Source: Chrysomallon squamiferum (taxonomy: Eukaryota; Animalia; Mollusca). From it: a stretch of DNA of 64,000 bases. The notes beneath the pieces are model-generated. The model was not told where the DNA came from. It ran no database searches and was given only the letters and a program-made list of their open reading frames with translations. The stretch spans positions 29,388,001-29,452,000 of the forward strand of contig CM022671.1 of the NCBI GenBank assembly GCA_012295275.1, read 5' to 3'. A program made the position numbers and the translations under genes. Below are positions 1 through 15,900 of the stretch, one piece after another (the stretch's first letter is position 1; the number at the start of each line of letters is the position of its first letter).

Positions 1-453
1 ATTTTTAGTTTTGTTACTGATTTATTAATTGACAGTCAACAGTGTTTTCGAATATAATTAGAATTTTCTGTGTACAATATTAGCATATGATTATAAATGA
101 CACAAACACTTAACCATAGCTGTAACTGTTAACAAATTACCTGTCAATGAATCATTATTGCAGACTTTGTTTTAAAATCCTTGCGTGTTACATATATTAA
201 CTGACAGAATAAAGATGAGATTTATATATTTTTAAAAAGAATAATAAAAAGAATACACAGTAATTCTTAGTTCTAAACATTTCTGATTAATGAAAATAAG
301 ATTGTTAGGCTTTGCATTTGTACATTTATGTCTTTTTATGTAAACACTTATGTGTGCACAAGCATGCACACACATTTTGTACTAAATATTTAAGTGTTAT
401 CTTCTATTTTCAGTTAATTTTTTTTTTACATTTGGACATTATATTTCTTAATT

Positions 454-2516
<2,063 letters not shown>

Positions 2517-2525
2517 GTTATTAAG

Positions 2526-3000
2526 GTAGGTTTCATTTCACTTATTCAAAAACTTGTTTATAATATTCCTTAGAAAATAATATGCAGGAGGGGAAATAAT
2601 ATGTAAAGAAAACAAATTTATTAATTTTAGAGAGGCAATTAGAAATTTATATTTTTGTTGTTTTGTACATGTACACTGCCAAAGTAAAAGGATATGAAAG
2701 TTATACTTGCTAAAGCAAAGGATTTATTTCCAGTTGTTCTGTTATGATAAGATGTAATTCTTAATTAATTATTTTATAATATCTGTTTTGTCCTTTAATC
2801 CTAATGCACTCCGTTTGCATGTCATCTTAGATTTTAAAGAAAATTTGTAAAAACAATAATTCACACACAGATTTATAATGCATTTTGTTTAAATGGGTTT
2901 ACCTGTGTTGATGTTAATAAATGATTTTACTATCTTGTTATACGTTATTTATTCTGATTTATTTGCTTTATATTTAAACAAAATTTATTTTTGTTTTCAG
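2526..3000 (+). other. Putative intron in the Rap1 3'UTR, starting 9 nt after the stop codon
   Basis: AAG|GTAGGT donor at 2526; long pyrimidine tract ending TTTTGTTTTCAG at 3000. Confidence 0.65.
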
Positions 3001-6000
3001 ATAGACAAAATACATCATTGTGAAAACACGGTTCTGGTATTATGAAGTTTTATTTTTACCAGTGTCAGATATTTGGGAAAACAAAAACATATTAACACAA
3101 GACGACACACTTTTTATTATTTTATTTTATTATTTTTTCATTCAAAGGACCAAACTGGAAAAAACAACAACAAAATGACTTTTTTTTTATCATTCTACAC
3201 TAAACTGCTAATGTTTTGACCGTTTTTATATTTTGGTTGAGGGTAGCAGACTATGTGCATGCATGCAATGTTAGAATTGTTTCCTCACTGCATTAATAGT
3301 GAACAGACACTTTGCCAGCATATGTTACTATTTTTTTTTTTTTTTCATTACATTTTTACATTTGTTTTTTTCTTCATATGAGCTCCTTTATCTTCAATAT
3401 TTATGTCTGGCACAATTTTACATTCTGATAGGCTGTGTTTAGCTTTGAATATGACCTTTCTTTTTCAAAGGTTGAAGGTCATAAATGGCCAGCTTGGTTT
3501 TTATTTTCTGTAAATAACAGCTAACAGGCAGAAATTGCTGTTTGGCCTATGCTTAGGGCATGGCTCTGTTTTTTCTCCCTTGCCTCATTTTGTGAAGGTC
3601 ACACCAGATGTTTTGTGCCAGTTGAATGTAGGTGCAGAACATGCACTGATGTGTGATATGGTTTGTCGTAACACAGTGTGAGGTATTTTGATATTGTGAT
3701 ATTAACAATACAGACTGCACCTAAATCTGAAATATGTGAGGCCATCTGAGTAACATGTTTCAGTATTTTGATTTGTATTCTTTTTCCTTTATGTTTTATC
3801 TTATTTTTATTTCATAAACTTACAAAATCCCCAATATATTATTATTTTTTTTATTTTTTATATATATAATATATATCTATAATGCCAAAATAAACAAATG
3901 TTTGTTTAAAATAAAATGGGGAAAATGTTTAGTTTTTCTATATTTTATAGGTTTCATTATAGTAAAATTATTTTTCCATATAAGTATGATAAGACCTTTT
4001 AAAAGCAAAATACACTTTATGATACAGTAATATTTAATTTATTAATTTTTATTTTTAATTTAATTTAATTTTGTTTATCAAATTTATTTTGTAGTTAAAT
4101 ATTTGAAAGAATAATCTGTTTTTTGGAGGGCCCATTATTATTATCTTTGCTTATATTATGTTTCATTCTCATTATTTACTTATTTATATGTCATAGAGAA
4201 TATTTATTTATTCAGGGTTTTTTTGCAGTTGTAATTCAATTCTTGACTGAAACATTAATTTAGAAAATACTAACACTGCTGTTTTAGATTTTAATCAAAA
4301 TCATTCTGTCATTATTGAAATTTTATTCTGGTTGATCGCTGCTGCTAATTTTAATAGGCATTAATGTTTAGCTGTATCTAGTAGACTGAACTAAAGTGAC
4401 ACAAATATTGTAAAAATGCCTGTAACAGTTATTTAACATTTGAGAGATAGAGCACTGCATATAACATAATTATAATATTGTTATATATCCTATTATGATG
4501 TTTTAGATAGGGAGGAAAAATCTTTTTTTGTTTGTTTCATAATGAATGAGAAAATCAACAGAAAAATGTAGTTACTAAGTAAACAAATTTCTATTGAAAT
4601 GATTCTGAAATATCTGGGTTTTCTCATTAGAAATTTAAATTTTGTTAAATCTGAGGTTAACATTTTGCTTCCCGTTTCTAATCCATTTTGGTTGTTTATT
4701 TTTGATAAAAATGAGAGATAAAAACAAATAAAACATCTTTAAGCAGTTAACCAGCAAAATGATTTCTAGGGGTTTGATACAATGTTGAATTTTGCTAATT
4801 AAAATATATATCTATATATATTTATATACACATCCAGTGTTGTATGGTTTAAAATTGACTCAAAACACATGTAGTAAAAACCTTCTGATGTATATGGCAT
4901 CTTTGAAAATGTATATGAATATTCATCAGATTTTAATTAATTTGTAGTACATTTTTAATCTACAATTGTAAATAGTTGAAAAACTGAAATAGCATTCTTT
5001 GATTTTCATTTATTTTATTTTCTCAAAGAAAAGAAATATTCTGCAGATATTGTTTAATAGGCAATGTTTGGAATGCAATAGACTGTATATAAATGTAGAT
5101 GAAATTAGTTCCCATTGATCTGACAAGCATTATTCCAATGTGGAAAGTGCAGCTTTTCAGTTGATTATTTGCTTATTTTTTATTTATTTTTATTATTACA
5201 GCTATTGTTTGCCTTTATTTACTCTTTTTTTTTTTTATGAAAAGTTGCTATGATCACTATCTTGTTAGTAGAAGTTGGATGTGTTTTTCATTCTTATTCC
5301 TGGCTTCAAACTATTAATACTGCAACATTTTTAAAACAGTGTTAAGAAGAGTGAGCAGTTGTTTTCATACAACAGTATTCTTATAAGAATTTGCCATTAT
5401 AACTACAAAGCCATTCTAAACATCTGAAATATAACCCCCCAAAAATATAAAAAATATAAATTATTTTAATTTCATTATAGATTCTTAGCTTAACTTTGAT
5501 TTTTGTTTATTTCTTTAGATGGGTATTTTTTTTGTATGGCAGTCATTACATTTGTAAATAACATAAGCTTGTTATATATGTGTGTTTTTTTGTGTACGTG
5601 TCTTTTTCTTTCTGTTTTCTTTTTAAACAAAGAAAAACATATGGATTCAGGGTGTGTAGTGTATGATGAAATTCGTTTAATATTAAAGATATATCTACAG
5701 GATTGATGGTAATCTTCTATCCACTCCTGATAAAAAAAAATATATTAAAAAATGTCTAGGCTTCTCAGCCAACTTCAAGGGCATTTCTTATTTAAATTTA
5801 ATTCCTTATTTACGGCTGTTTTCTAAATGATTTTTTTTTTTTAATTTTTTTTTTTTTGATGGGTATATTGTTAAGATGAATGTCAGAGGGAAAAAATAAA
5901 ATTGAAATATGTTTTTGGGTTGTTATTTTTTAAAATCGGGGTTTTATTCTGTGTGATTTGAAATCAAGAGGTCTAGTTTATTTTAAAGTGTGTTTTTCAA

Positions 6001-7485
6001 CTTTTTCATCAGCAAATAAAAAATATAAAATTAGTCTAACAGAGCACAGAATAGTTGGAAAATGACAGATCGGTATCTCTGTATTATAAGTTTTAGCACA
6101 GGAGAATTCATATTGTATTTTCTTTTAAGGACATGGGCATTTGATTTAATCTTCATTACAGATTTTATCTTGTATGATATTCCACTTGTCACATTTTCAG
6201 TGTAAAAAAAAAAGATATGATTATTTTCTTAGTATTATGTACTTTTGTTAAACTGCACTTAATGTTATTTAAATCCTTGTTACAAAAAGTAAATCTGTAT
6301 ATCAATATCTATTTTTATTGGAAATGTAATATTTTAACTGTAGTCATAGTTTTTCAATTTACTAGTTTAGAAATGTATATTTTAAGGTTTAGTGTACAGT
6401 TTGTAAAAAAGGAAAAAAAAAGAAGAAAAGAAACAAAAAGGTAGTTATAGTCTGCTTAAAAAAATATTAATTAAAAAAAATACAAACACTCCTTGCTTGT
6501 TTTTATAATTAAAAATAAATTAAAACATAGTTCTACCTAATTACCAGTTAAATACTATTTAAATTAAAATTAAAAATAATATAAAAAGCTTAGCCTTCAC
6601 TAAATTTATTCCTTTCAAATTATGACAGTTGATTGTTTTTCTTGGACTTTTTTTTATATAAATCAGCGTTAGCAAAGTTTGTGCTTTTTTAAAAACAAAA
6701 AACAAAGGCTAATGCTAATAAAATAATAAAATAAAGATGCATGTTGAATTGGATGTGCTTAAGCTATTAGTAAACAAATTTATAAAGATGCTCCTGGATT
6801 TTTTTTTTTTATTAACTTTCATCAGGAGTTTGTTTTCTAAAAGATTGTTTTTAATCAATTAACTGGAAAGAAATTTCGTGAAACAAGCTTATGTTTTGTC
6901 GACTACTTACATATTTATTAGTGTTTTGTACACTTGTATAATAATAATATTCAGTATTTTACCATTTGAGGGTGAATGTTTTGAAACGTACATCAAGAGA
7001 AACCATCGCTGCAGTGTCCAAGTGTTAGTTAACAACCAAAAATAAGGTGTTGGCACAATTATTATCATTATTGCTTGAGAATTTCAGTCATCAACAAATA
7101 TTTTGTAAGTTAAAATGTAAAAATCCACACAGAAATGTAACTTGGTAAAGAAAAAGTTTATTTTCTTACTAAGGGACTTGATTTTAAAAAACAAACATGT
7201 AAAACCTCACTGGCCACATAAAACATTCATTTTATTTTTTATTGCTACAGAATCAGCAATCTAATAAAAAAATAATAAAATATATATATATTTATTTATT
7301 CAACATCTTAATGTTGACAACAGATCATTTTGCTGCTATAAAACTTACTCTATTGACTGAATTTAAAAAAAAAAAAAAAACAAGCACTTGGACTAGCAGT
7401 GAGGTGTGTTTTGATTTCACAGCTTTGCTTATACCTGTATTTATCTTTTACTATTATATTGCTCATCTAGGTCATTATTTTTATG

Positions 7486-7491
7486 AATAAA
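7486..7491 (+). promoter_or_regulatory. Candidate Rap1 polyadenylation signal
   Basis: AATAAA followed about 15-35 nt later by a GT/T-rich element (TTTGTATTTTGTTTTGGTTGTTTTT). Many other AATAAA hexamers occur in this AT-rich DNA. Confidence 0.3.
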
Positions 7492-8952
7492 ACTTTAATC
7501 ATTTGTATTTTGTTTTGGTTGTTTTTCTCAAATATCATAAAATTCAGCATTGTTGGAATCCTGAAGTGGAACAAGGGTTAAACATTGTGTAGCTAATGAT
7601 ATGTTTTGTGGCTGAATTAAATGATTTACAAACATGTTATTAATAATAATGCTAGATTAAATTTACTGCAGCTACTATATAAGCTACTTACCAGAGGTTT
7701 CTAAAGGGAAAGTGTGTAATATTAGATATACCTTTTACTAAAAGCACAGACCAGAACTTGAAAAAAAAGAAATTGGCTGTTTCGTGGATGATTGGTATGT
7801 TACTTTTCAGTTAATCTTTTGAGCCCTGATTTCTAAGATCTGTCATGACTGTTCATGAGCTCCTGAACATTTTGTACACTTTATTAGGAAGATGAATCCA
7901 AGAGGCATGTTTACTGCCATTATACATTCATAATTCAGTTTGATTTCGATATCCTGTATTGTGGTTTATAAGAAAATAAGAAAGTTTATTCTAACTATAT
8001 ATTAATCAGATGAGCCTAGAAATAGGAAGCAAATTTCATTGTATAAACACATTGCCTGCCACCCAGTAGTTAGCCAAATATATATATTCATGTGGTTGTT
8101 TTAATGATCTGCGACTTTGTTGGTAATAAATTCTAAAAATAAACAAATTCTTTGAGCACTTGTAATTCTGTATTTAAATGGCATCATTTTAAAGAATAAA
8201 TACTACAACAGTTGACAAAAAAGAAAGATACCAATTTTAAAATTGGTTACAGATATTTGTTTATATTCACCAGCCTGTAGCTACAGGAACCCACTGACCA
8301 TAGAGTAAGAGAAAAGAACAGCTGAAGATAGAAGGTTAAATAACCCACTGAAATCACCAATGAGGATTTGTCCAGCGAAGAAATTATTTTATTTTACATC
8401 TTGTACTGAGCAGATTCATTAATTAAGTTTCTGAATTTATTTTTAATTAACCCAGAGTGTACAAATTGTAATTTGGACTTCACCTCCCCCTAAAGTGACC
8501 ATTTATCACAATACATGAGTTAGAGGAGAAACTCTGATGCATTCACTGTATCACATTATCGTTACTCTAGTACTGAGTCTGGGTATTATCCACTTTTATC
8601 ATTGTTCAAACAAAAAACCTCCACCAAACCCCGATATGTATTGAAATGTAAGTTTACTTAATCTTCTCAGGTAGGATTTGATGCAGGATCTTCTAGCTGA
8701 TATACAGTGAAATTCCATCTGGTAACTTTCTTATCTTAATATGAACACAATAAAACACAACTTGCAATAATATTGTTTCAAACTTTAATGGTAAATGGTA
8801 CATGTGGAGTAAGCACATGAACATTGAATGATTTCATAACTTAGCTACCTATTCATATTTGGTCACATAATTACATACTCACTGGTACATAAAATTGCCA
8901 TATATAACAACCAATGAAAAGAAAGAAAAAGTATAAACAAAAGTCAAAAGTT

Positions 8953-9032
8953 AATATATATATATATATATATGATTATATATGTATGTGTATATATATA
9001 TATATGTGAGTATGTGAATATACATATATATA
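8953..9032. repeat. Interrupted (TA)n/(TG)n microsatellite
   Basis: Direct reading. Confidence 0.85.
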
Positions 9033-10349
9033 TAATCAAAGAAATGTAGCTAATATATGTAGATACTAACACAAAAATGATTCTGTATGTATGAAAAAAT
9101 GCACAAGATTAACCTAAACTTACACACACATAAACAAAAACATTGTACAGCATTATGTAACAAGCCTGCTTGTTCAATTAATATGAATATTACTTATTTT
9201 CTTTTTGTGCAATAAACACAGATTATTACTCTTTATATTTTCTTTTTTTTATTAAAATACCATATCCATCGGCAATTTGACCAAAACATTTTGATAATGT
9301 TTTGAAATGCATGGAAGTATTTTGTTTTAATCTATCATTCATGTTCATTTAAAAACGCTGTTTTTATTTTATTATATCTGTTAGAAATTTTTAATTAATG
9401 GTATAATTAATCTTTTTGTTTTATTTTTGTCTTTCTTAAAACATTCATTCATTCATATAACTGATGATTTTTAAATGTAACATGTCCATCTGATATAGTT
9501 TCACTACACACTGAAAAACATGAATGCAGTAATATATAAATACATCTTATACTTTCTATCGTTTTAGCAATGTAAGCCAGTTAGGAAACTAAACAATAAA
9601 AGCTATATATTGCACTCAGATATTAATAATAATAAAAATAAATATAATAATAACAATAATAATGATAATAACAAATAATAGTAATGTTTATTAAGTAGAG
9701 TAATGGATCACTGCCACATCTAAAAAAAAAAGAAAAAAGAAAGAAAAAAGAATAAAGTAATAAATAATTGGAATATAAAACTGTATATCTCTACATATTC
9801 ATTCTTTATTTCAAAACAAATATAACAGCATATAACGGGGAATATTATTATGGATTTCACAATTGCTTTATTCTTAACAACATAAACTAGTAAACCATGT
9901 ATTGTTATTTTATTTGCGTCTCTTTTTCTCTGTAAGATTCTATCAAAAAAAATAAAAAAAAAAAAAAAAATATATGTCGTTGAAAGAAAAATAAGTGTAC
10001 CTTCTTTATTCATAGATAATATATTATTTAAAATGCTTTAAGTACTTGTACAAAATGTTAGGTGGAGGTATTGTAATGAATGTAACTTGATGTCAATGAA
10101 AAGTATTTCTACTATATAAATATATGTAAGTTTTTCAATCACATAGTGAAGGCAGCCACTATTATGCAGAATAAGAAACAGCTTTTTTATTATTTGTTTT
10201 GTTGTTTTTTAAATCTTTTTTTAAAAAGAAAACCAGTAATTAAGGAGATAATTGATATTAATCAGACTGAAATATTTTTAAGATTTGTATTAGTTATTGA
10301 AAGGTTGCCTAGATGGATATACTGTGTCAATAATAATTTGAATAATTTA

Positions 10350-10387
<38 letters not shown>
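10350..10387. repeat. (AAT)n microsatellite
   Basis: Direct reading. Confidence 0.9.
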
Positions 10388-10388
<1 letters not shown>

Positions 10389-11192
10389 TACATACATAAA
10401 AACAATTCTTTTAAATATAACAGGCATTATTTCACATATTTGAATACAAAAAATATATTGTTTTATAAACACTTCTATAACAGTTAACTTCATAGTATAA
10501 ACATACACATGAAATTACAAAATGTATAGATGAAAATAAAAAACAAAATATAATTTAAAATCATATATGGAAATTCCCTTAATATGGTACACCAAGTTTT
10601 AATTAAAAGTAAATTTTGAAAATGACTTAAATACATTTTGTTTTTTACAATTACTTGCAATATCTTTTTTCTTTTTCTTATTTGTTTTTCTAAATAAAGT
10701 AGGTTTTTGTATTTTCCAACTAAAGGATACTACTGTATTGTCTCCTGTGATATATTATTTTTATTGTAAAACTGTTCATCACAGAATCTATAATAAATGA
10801 ATCTATTAATAAAAAATATAATCCATTTTAAATAAAAATAAAAATAAATAGTGAAGTAATAATAAAAACAATAAATAATAAAAATAAATAAATAAATAAA
10901 TAATTTGAATTAGTGTGAAATTAAAATTGAAAACCACCTTGTCTTTAAAATAAAATAAACAAAGTATGTATCACAGTGTATCAACCAGTTTCGTGCCCTA
11001 CCTTTCACATCAAAACCCACTAAAACACTAAACAAGGATGAATTTATGATATTAACATGTACTGCCTGATAAAGAAAATGTTTTATTTTAAAATAAGGAA
11101 TTTGACAATTTTATTATCATAAATACCATTCTATCTAAAGAAAAGTAAGTAATAAATGATTGTTATTATATTTAATGATATTTACAATGATT

Positions 11193-11233
<41 letters not shown>

Positions 11234-11483
11234 AAGTACCTACAAAAAATTATGAAAACCTGTACAAGATTTTACAAAATAAAATGAAACAAAAATTAAA
11301 TGAATTGTGGAAACTAAGAACAACTTATAGTTTAACTACAGTGATTTAACTTTGGATCTATAAAGCAAACAGGAATTTGGCTTCTTCTTTATAAAGTTTG
11401 TTACGTTCAAAAAAAACAAAATTAAATAAAAATAAAAGGTAACCCAGTAATGAAGGTTATGATATGATAAAAAAATATATATA

Positions 11484-11514
<31 letters not shown>

Positions 11515-12462
11515 AAATAAATAAATAAAAATTAAAATTAAAATTAAAAATACACCAATGAAACAGAAACTTAAAATTAAGTTCAACAAAGGTGAAGAAT
11601 AAATACAAATAACAATAATAAAAACATTGTGAGGTAATCAAGTTTTATTTTAATTTCTTTATATAGATTACTGCTTCACCTTTTCAAAAGATAACAAGCA
11701 AAGCAATTTGTTAAATGACTTTTTTTTTTTTTTCATTTGTACAAAACATAAAATATAGACAAAACAAATAAAATATACATAAACAAGCATACCTCTACTT
11801 TCATTTCAGTTCAAATCAAGTTACTACTACAACTGCATACAGGCATTGTACGTAATATAAAATAAGACCCGTTTTAAAAAGGTTTTTGTTCTTGTAAGCC
11901 TGGGAATCATCATTAATACGGTGTGATCATTTATCTACATTAAAAATTGTGTTGGGTGTGCAGGAAAACCCAAACAAAACAAAAAATTTAATTAGAAATA
12001 ATAAGAAATGATATTAATTCCAAAGTGATTAGCAACCTTTGCTAACTAAAAAGAAATAATAAATAAATAAATAAATAAAAAAAAATAATAATAAAAAATA
12101 AACAAATAAAATAAAATAAAGAAAGAAAAAAAGAAAACACGCTTCCCCCCAAAAATAAATAAAATTAAATAAAATAAATAAATAAATAAAAATAAAAATT
12201 AATAAAATAAAATTTAAAATGCATATGCAAATTACTTCCTGTGAAAAGTTAAGTAGATAAAATTTATTAGGTTAGTTTTCAGCAAGGTAACTATCATACT
12301 TGATATGTGATTAAAACTAAAACAAGGGAATTTATTTTGATATTTTTTTCTTCTTTTCATTCCAGTTACTGTCTTTTTGTTCACATTTTCTTACACTGAA
12401 CATCCAATTACATCAAACATAAATACAGTTTATCTCATGATTGTTTTAAACTGTTATATACA

Positions 12463-12501
<39 letters not shown>

Positions 12502-12903
12502 AGATTTTTTTTTAAAAATCACATTATTACAAATTGCTACACAATGCTTATAAAATGACAAAATATTCTCGAGCAAGTACAAAGTGTAACTGCTACATTT
12601 AATTTCACAATATAAAAAGTTATATATATTTTTTCTGTAACAAAAAAGCTCTAAACATGCGCAGCATGCCTAGGAAATGTTTTTTGATAATCAAAAAAAA
12701 AAAAAAAGAATCATAAGTTAGAAGAGAAAAATTCATGAAAATGGTAAAAAATTAACAGTAATAGAAATAATATATGGAGACACAAATTCACAACATTGCA
12801 CTCTAAACAACATCAAGAGACATCTAAACCAAAGATATGTTAAATAAAAAAAATAAAAAATGATAATAATAATAGAACGGCCACATTTTGTATACACATT
12901 TGT

Positions 12904-15900
12904 TTATTCACCATGATCACCTTGGCCAGGCATTGAACTAGCAGCGTTATGCGAGTCTGGGTTCGAATCCTGACTAGAGTTAGTGTTTTGTGAATACTGG
13001 TTCATCAGGCCCATCTGCTGTTGAGGATAATTCATTGGCTGATTCATCATAGGTGGCATGGCCATTGGCATGTACATGGGTGCTGGGGTAGCTGAGGGCA
13101 TCATGAATGGATGCATTGGTGGGTAGGACATTGGTGGTGGAGCAAAACCATACATTCCTTGTTGGTAAGGCATTCCAAAAGGCATATGGCTGCCTACGCC
13201 TGCTGTGGCCATGGAAGGAACAGCGTTGTGACTGCTGCCACTGCTGCTGCTGCTGCTGCTGCTGCTGCTAACTTGTGTATTTGAAGCTGAAGTCTGGCTG
13301 GTGACTGATGGCATGGGTGGAGGTGGGGGATAGCCCTGAGCCATTCCACTGCTGAACATGCCAGGATGGCTCCCAGGCATCACTGAAACAGGAGCTGGCA
13401 TTCCCATTGAGAAACTGGGCTGGTATCCCATGCCAGGATTTGGAGCCATGAAAGGTGGGTATGAATAGCCTCCGAGACCTGCTGCCAGGAAGGGATTGGG
13501 TGGAACTGAATGCTGTGTGTTGCTGTGGTCTTCCTGGGACATTGGACTGCCTGTGGGCGAGATCCTCTCTAGTCCACCGAACAGGTCATCTTGCTGAGCA
13601 TTTTTGACTGCTGGTTTTATTTTTTTCACCTTCTTTGTGCTGTTTGTTGAATGACCTGATGATTTGTTACTGGTGGCAACAGTATTACTTGTGGTGGTGT
13701 TTGTTGTGGCTGAAAATGCCAATTAAAAAGCAAAATTATAACATGAGTCTGTTTATGTTTTATATACATATATAACTTCATGTGAATACTTTATGGACAA
13801 ACAGTATAATCAATGTTAATGTGGCAATTCCTGAAAAAGAAATTACAATTGCATTTACAAATGCTTTTGAATTTTAATTATTTTACATTACAAAAAATAG
13901 GCAGTAATTCTGTCTTCAGAGCTTAAAAATTACGAAACAGACTGACAGAGAAAGAGAGAAAAAGACAGAGCAAAAATGATAAAAATAGGTAAAATAACTA
14001 AAACAAAAGTAATTTTCTTAACTGTTTTTAATTCATATGAAAAAAATGTACCTGTTTGTAAAGGCTGCCATGTATTTCCAAAGTTAGGAATCTGTTGATT
14101 AAAGTCTTGATATGGGTATGATGAGAATCCATAACTTGGACCTCCAGTGAAAAGATCTGGCTGTGATGGTCCCCTGTTGCCCTGCTTGAAATAACTGGTT
14201 TCATCCGACTCTGAATCTTCGTCAAAGTCACCACGAAGGTCAAATTTCACAGAATTGTCCTGAGAATCAGACACATTACCTGCAGGTGGCTGAGACAGAC
14301 CCTCTGAATGTCTGGAATCAGAGTCAAGCTGAAGTGATTCAGTCGAGTTGGATCGACAACTCATCAGTGATGATTCTGACTGAATCCTCAACATGTTTAG
14401 CATCGATGACTCTGACGGAATAGTTCTCATGGGAGTTTCCAACTGTCCTGACATCTGAGACACTGGATGAGAGCTCTGTGATCCAGCTGAGGAGTTCTGT
14501 GATCCAGGCTGAAAATTCTGTGATCTTGGCTGAAAGCTTTGTGATCCAGGCTGAGTGTTCTGGAGACCAGGTTGAAAAATCTGAGAACCCGAGTGAGAGT
14601 TCTGTGAAAAAGACTGAGAATTCTGTAATCCAGACTGAAAGCTGTGTGTTCCAGGCTGAAAGATATGTGATCCTGGCTGAGGAAAGTTCTGTGATCGAGG
14701 CTGATAATTTTGTGACCCAGTCTGAAAATTCTGTGATCCATGCTGAAAGTTTTGTGATCCAGACTGAGAATTTTGAGGTAAAGACTTGTTATTCTGTGAT
14801 CCCAACTGAGAAATTTGTGATCCAGACTGTGAACTCTGTGATCTAGCTTGAGGCGTTTGTGATCCAGTTTGAGAGTTGTATGAACCTGGCTGAAAGCTGT
14901 ATGAACCTGCTGGAGAGTTAAATGAACTTGGCTGAGAGCTGTATGATCGTGGCTGAGATTGCTGTAAACCTGACTGAGAGGTCTGCAATTCAGAGTTGTG
15001 TAAAATTGACTGAGAGTTTGGCAAACCTGGCTGCGAGTTATGCAAAACTGTTTGAGAGGTCTGTGACAATGAGTGGGAATTCTGGGGTGAGAAAGAGTTC
15101 TGTGATGCTGGGACAGAATTCTGAGAAAATGGCTGTATTTTCTTGGAAAATGTCTGAGCACTGTTAGAAAATGTCTGAGAGATCTGTGAAGACGAATTTG
15201 TTTTCTGAGCATTCTGCGATGTGGGAAATGCATTCCTTGAATCTGAATAAGAGTTCTGTGAATCAGAAAAGGAGTTTTGTGAATCTGAATAAGAGTTCTG
15301 AGAATCTGAGTCCTTTGATGTTGTGTACAAGTTGTCTGATTTTAGATACAGGTTTTCTGATGTTGTATGAGAACTGACCGAAGTTAATGGGATGTTATTT
15401 GCCGTTGTCATCTGTGATGCTGTTGTGATCGGTGATGCAGTTGATGTAAGTGATGCAGTTGTATTTTGTGATGCTGCCATATACTGACTTGCTGTTGTGC
15501 TTTGTGATAATGGTGTGTTCTGAGAAACTGTTGGACTCTGTGCCATGCTGACTGAGGGAGAAGGGGAATTTTCAGCTTGTGAAGACTTTGCACCGTCTAA
15601 TTCTGAACTTGGCGACTTTTCGTCTGTCTCCATGTCTTTAGGTTCTTGTGGACTGTCAGCACTGTTGTCTGATGTATGATCAGAAGTGTTTGAAGCCTGG
15701 CTTGGCTTGTCTGATGAATTTGATTTTAAGAACAGGCTCAGAGAATCAGAAATGGGGCTTTTCATGAACGTGTCTTTTTTCACCTTGACAACACCCCCAG
15801 ATGCACCAATAACACTAAGAGATGTTATTTTGCTCATACCCGTCTGCTGCTGGGACTTGAGAAGGTCGTTAACTGCTTTGGTCTGAGAACAGATTGTCTG

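Noticed and set aside
3450-3483. SECIS element or H/ACA snoRNA in the Rap1 3'UTR hairpin
   Set aside because: ATGA pairs Watson-Crick with TCAT, so there is no GA quartet. Rap1 has no in-frame TGA. H/ACA boxes are unconvincing and the location is exonic.
5503-11641. Short F/I/L/K/Y-rich ORFs between Rap1 and RAD54L2
   Set aside because: Composition reflects AT-rich non-coding DNA. No recognisable domains or consistent splice phases.
14427-15233. 268-aa alternative-frame ORF (SLDHR repeats) and antisense ORFs 14478-15377
   Set aside because: By-products of the 21-bp coding repeat, whose consensus lacks stops in other frames. No independent splice or start signals.
14454-15373. CRISPR-like periodicity
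   Set aside because: Tandem units have no unique spacers, lie inside a eukaryotic exon, and no cas genes are present.
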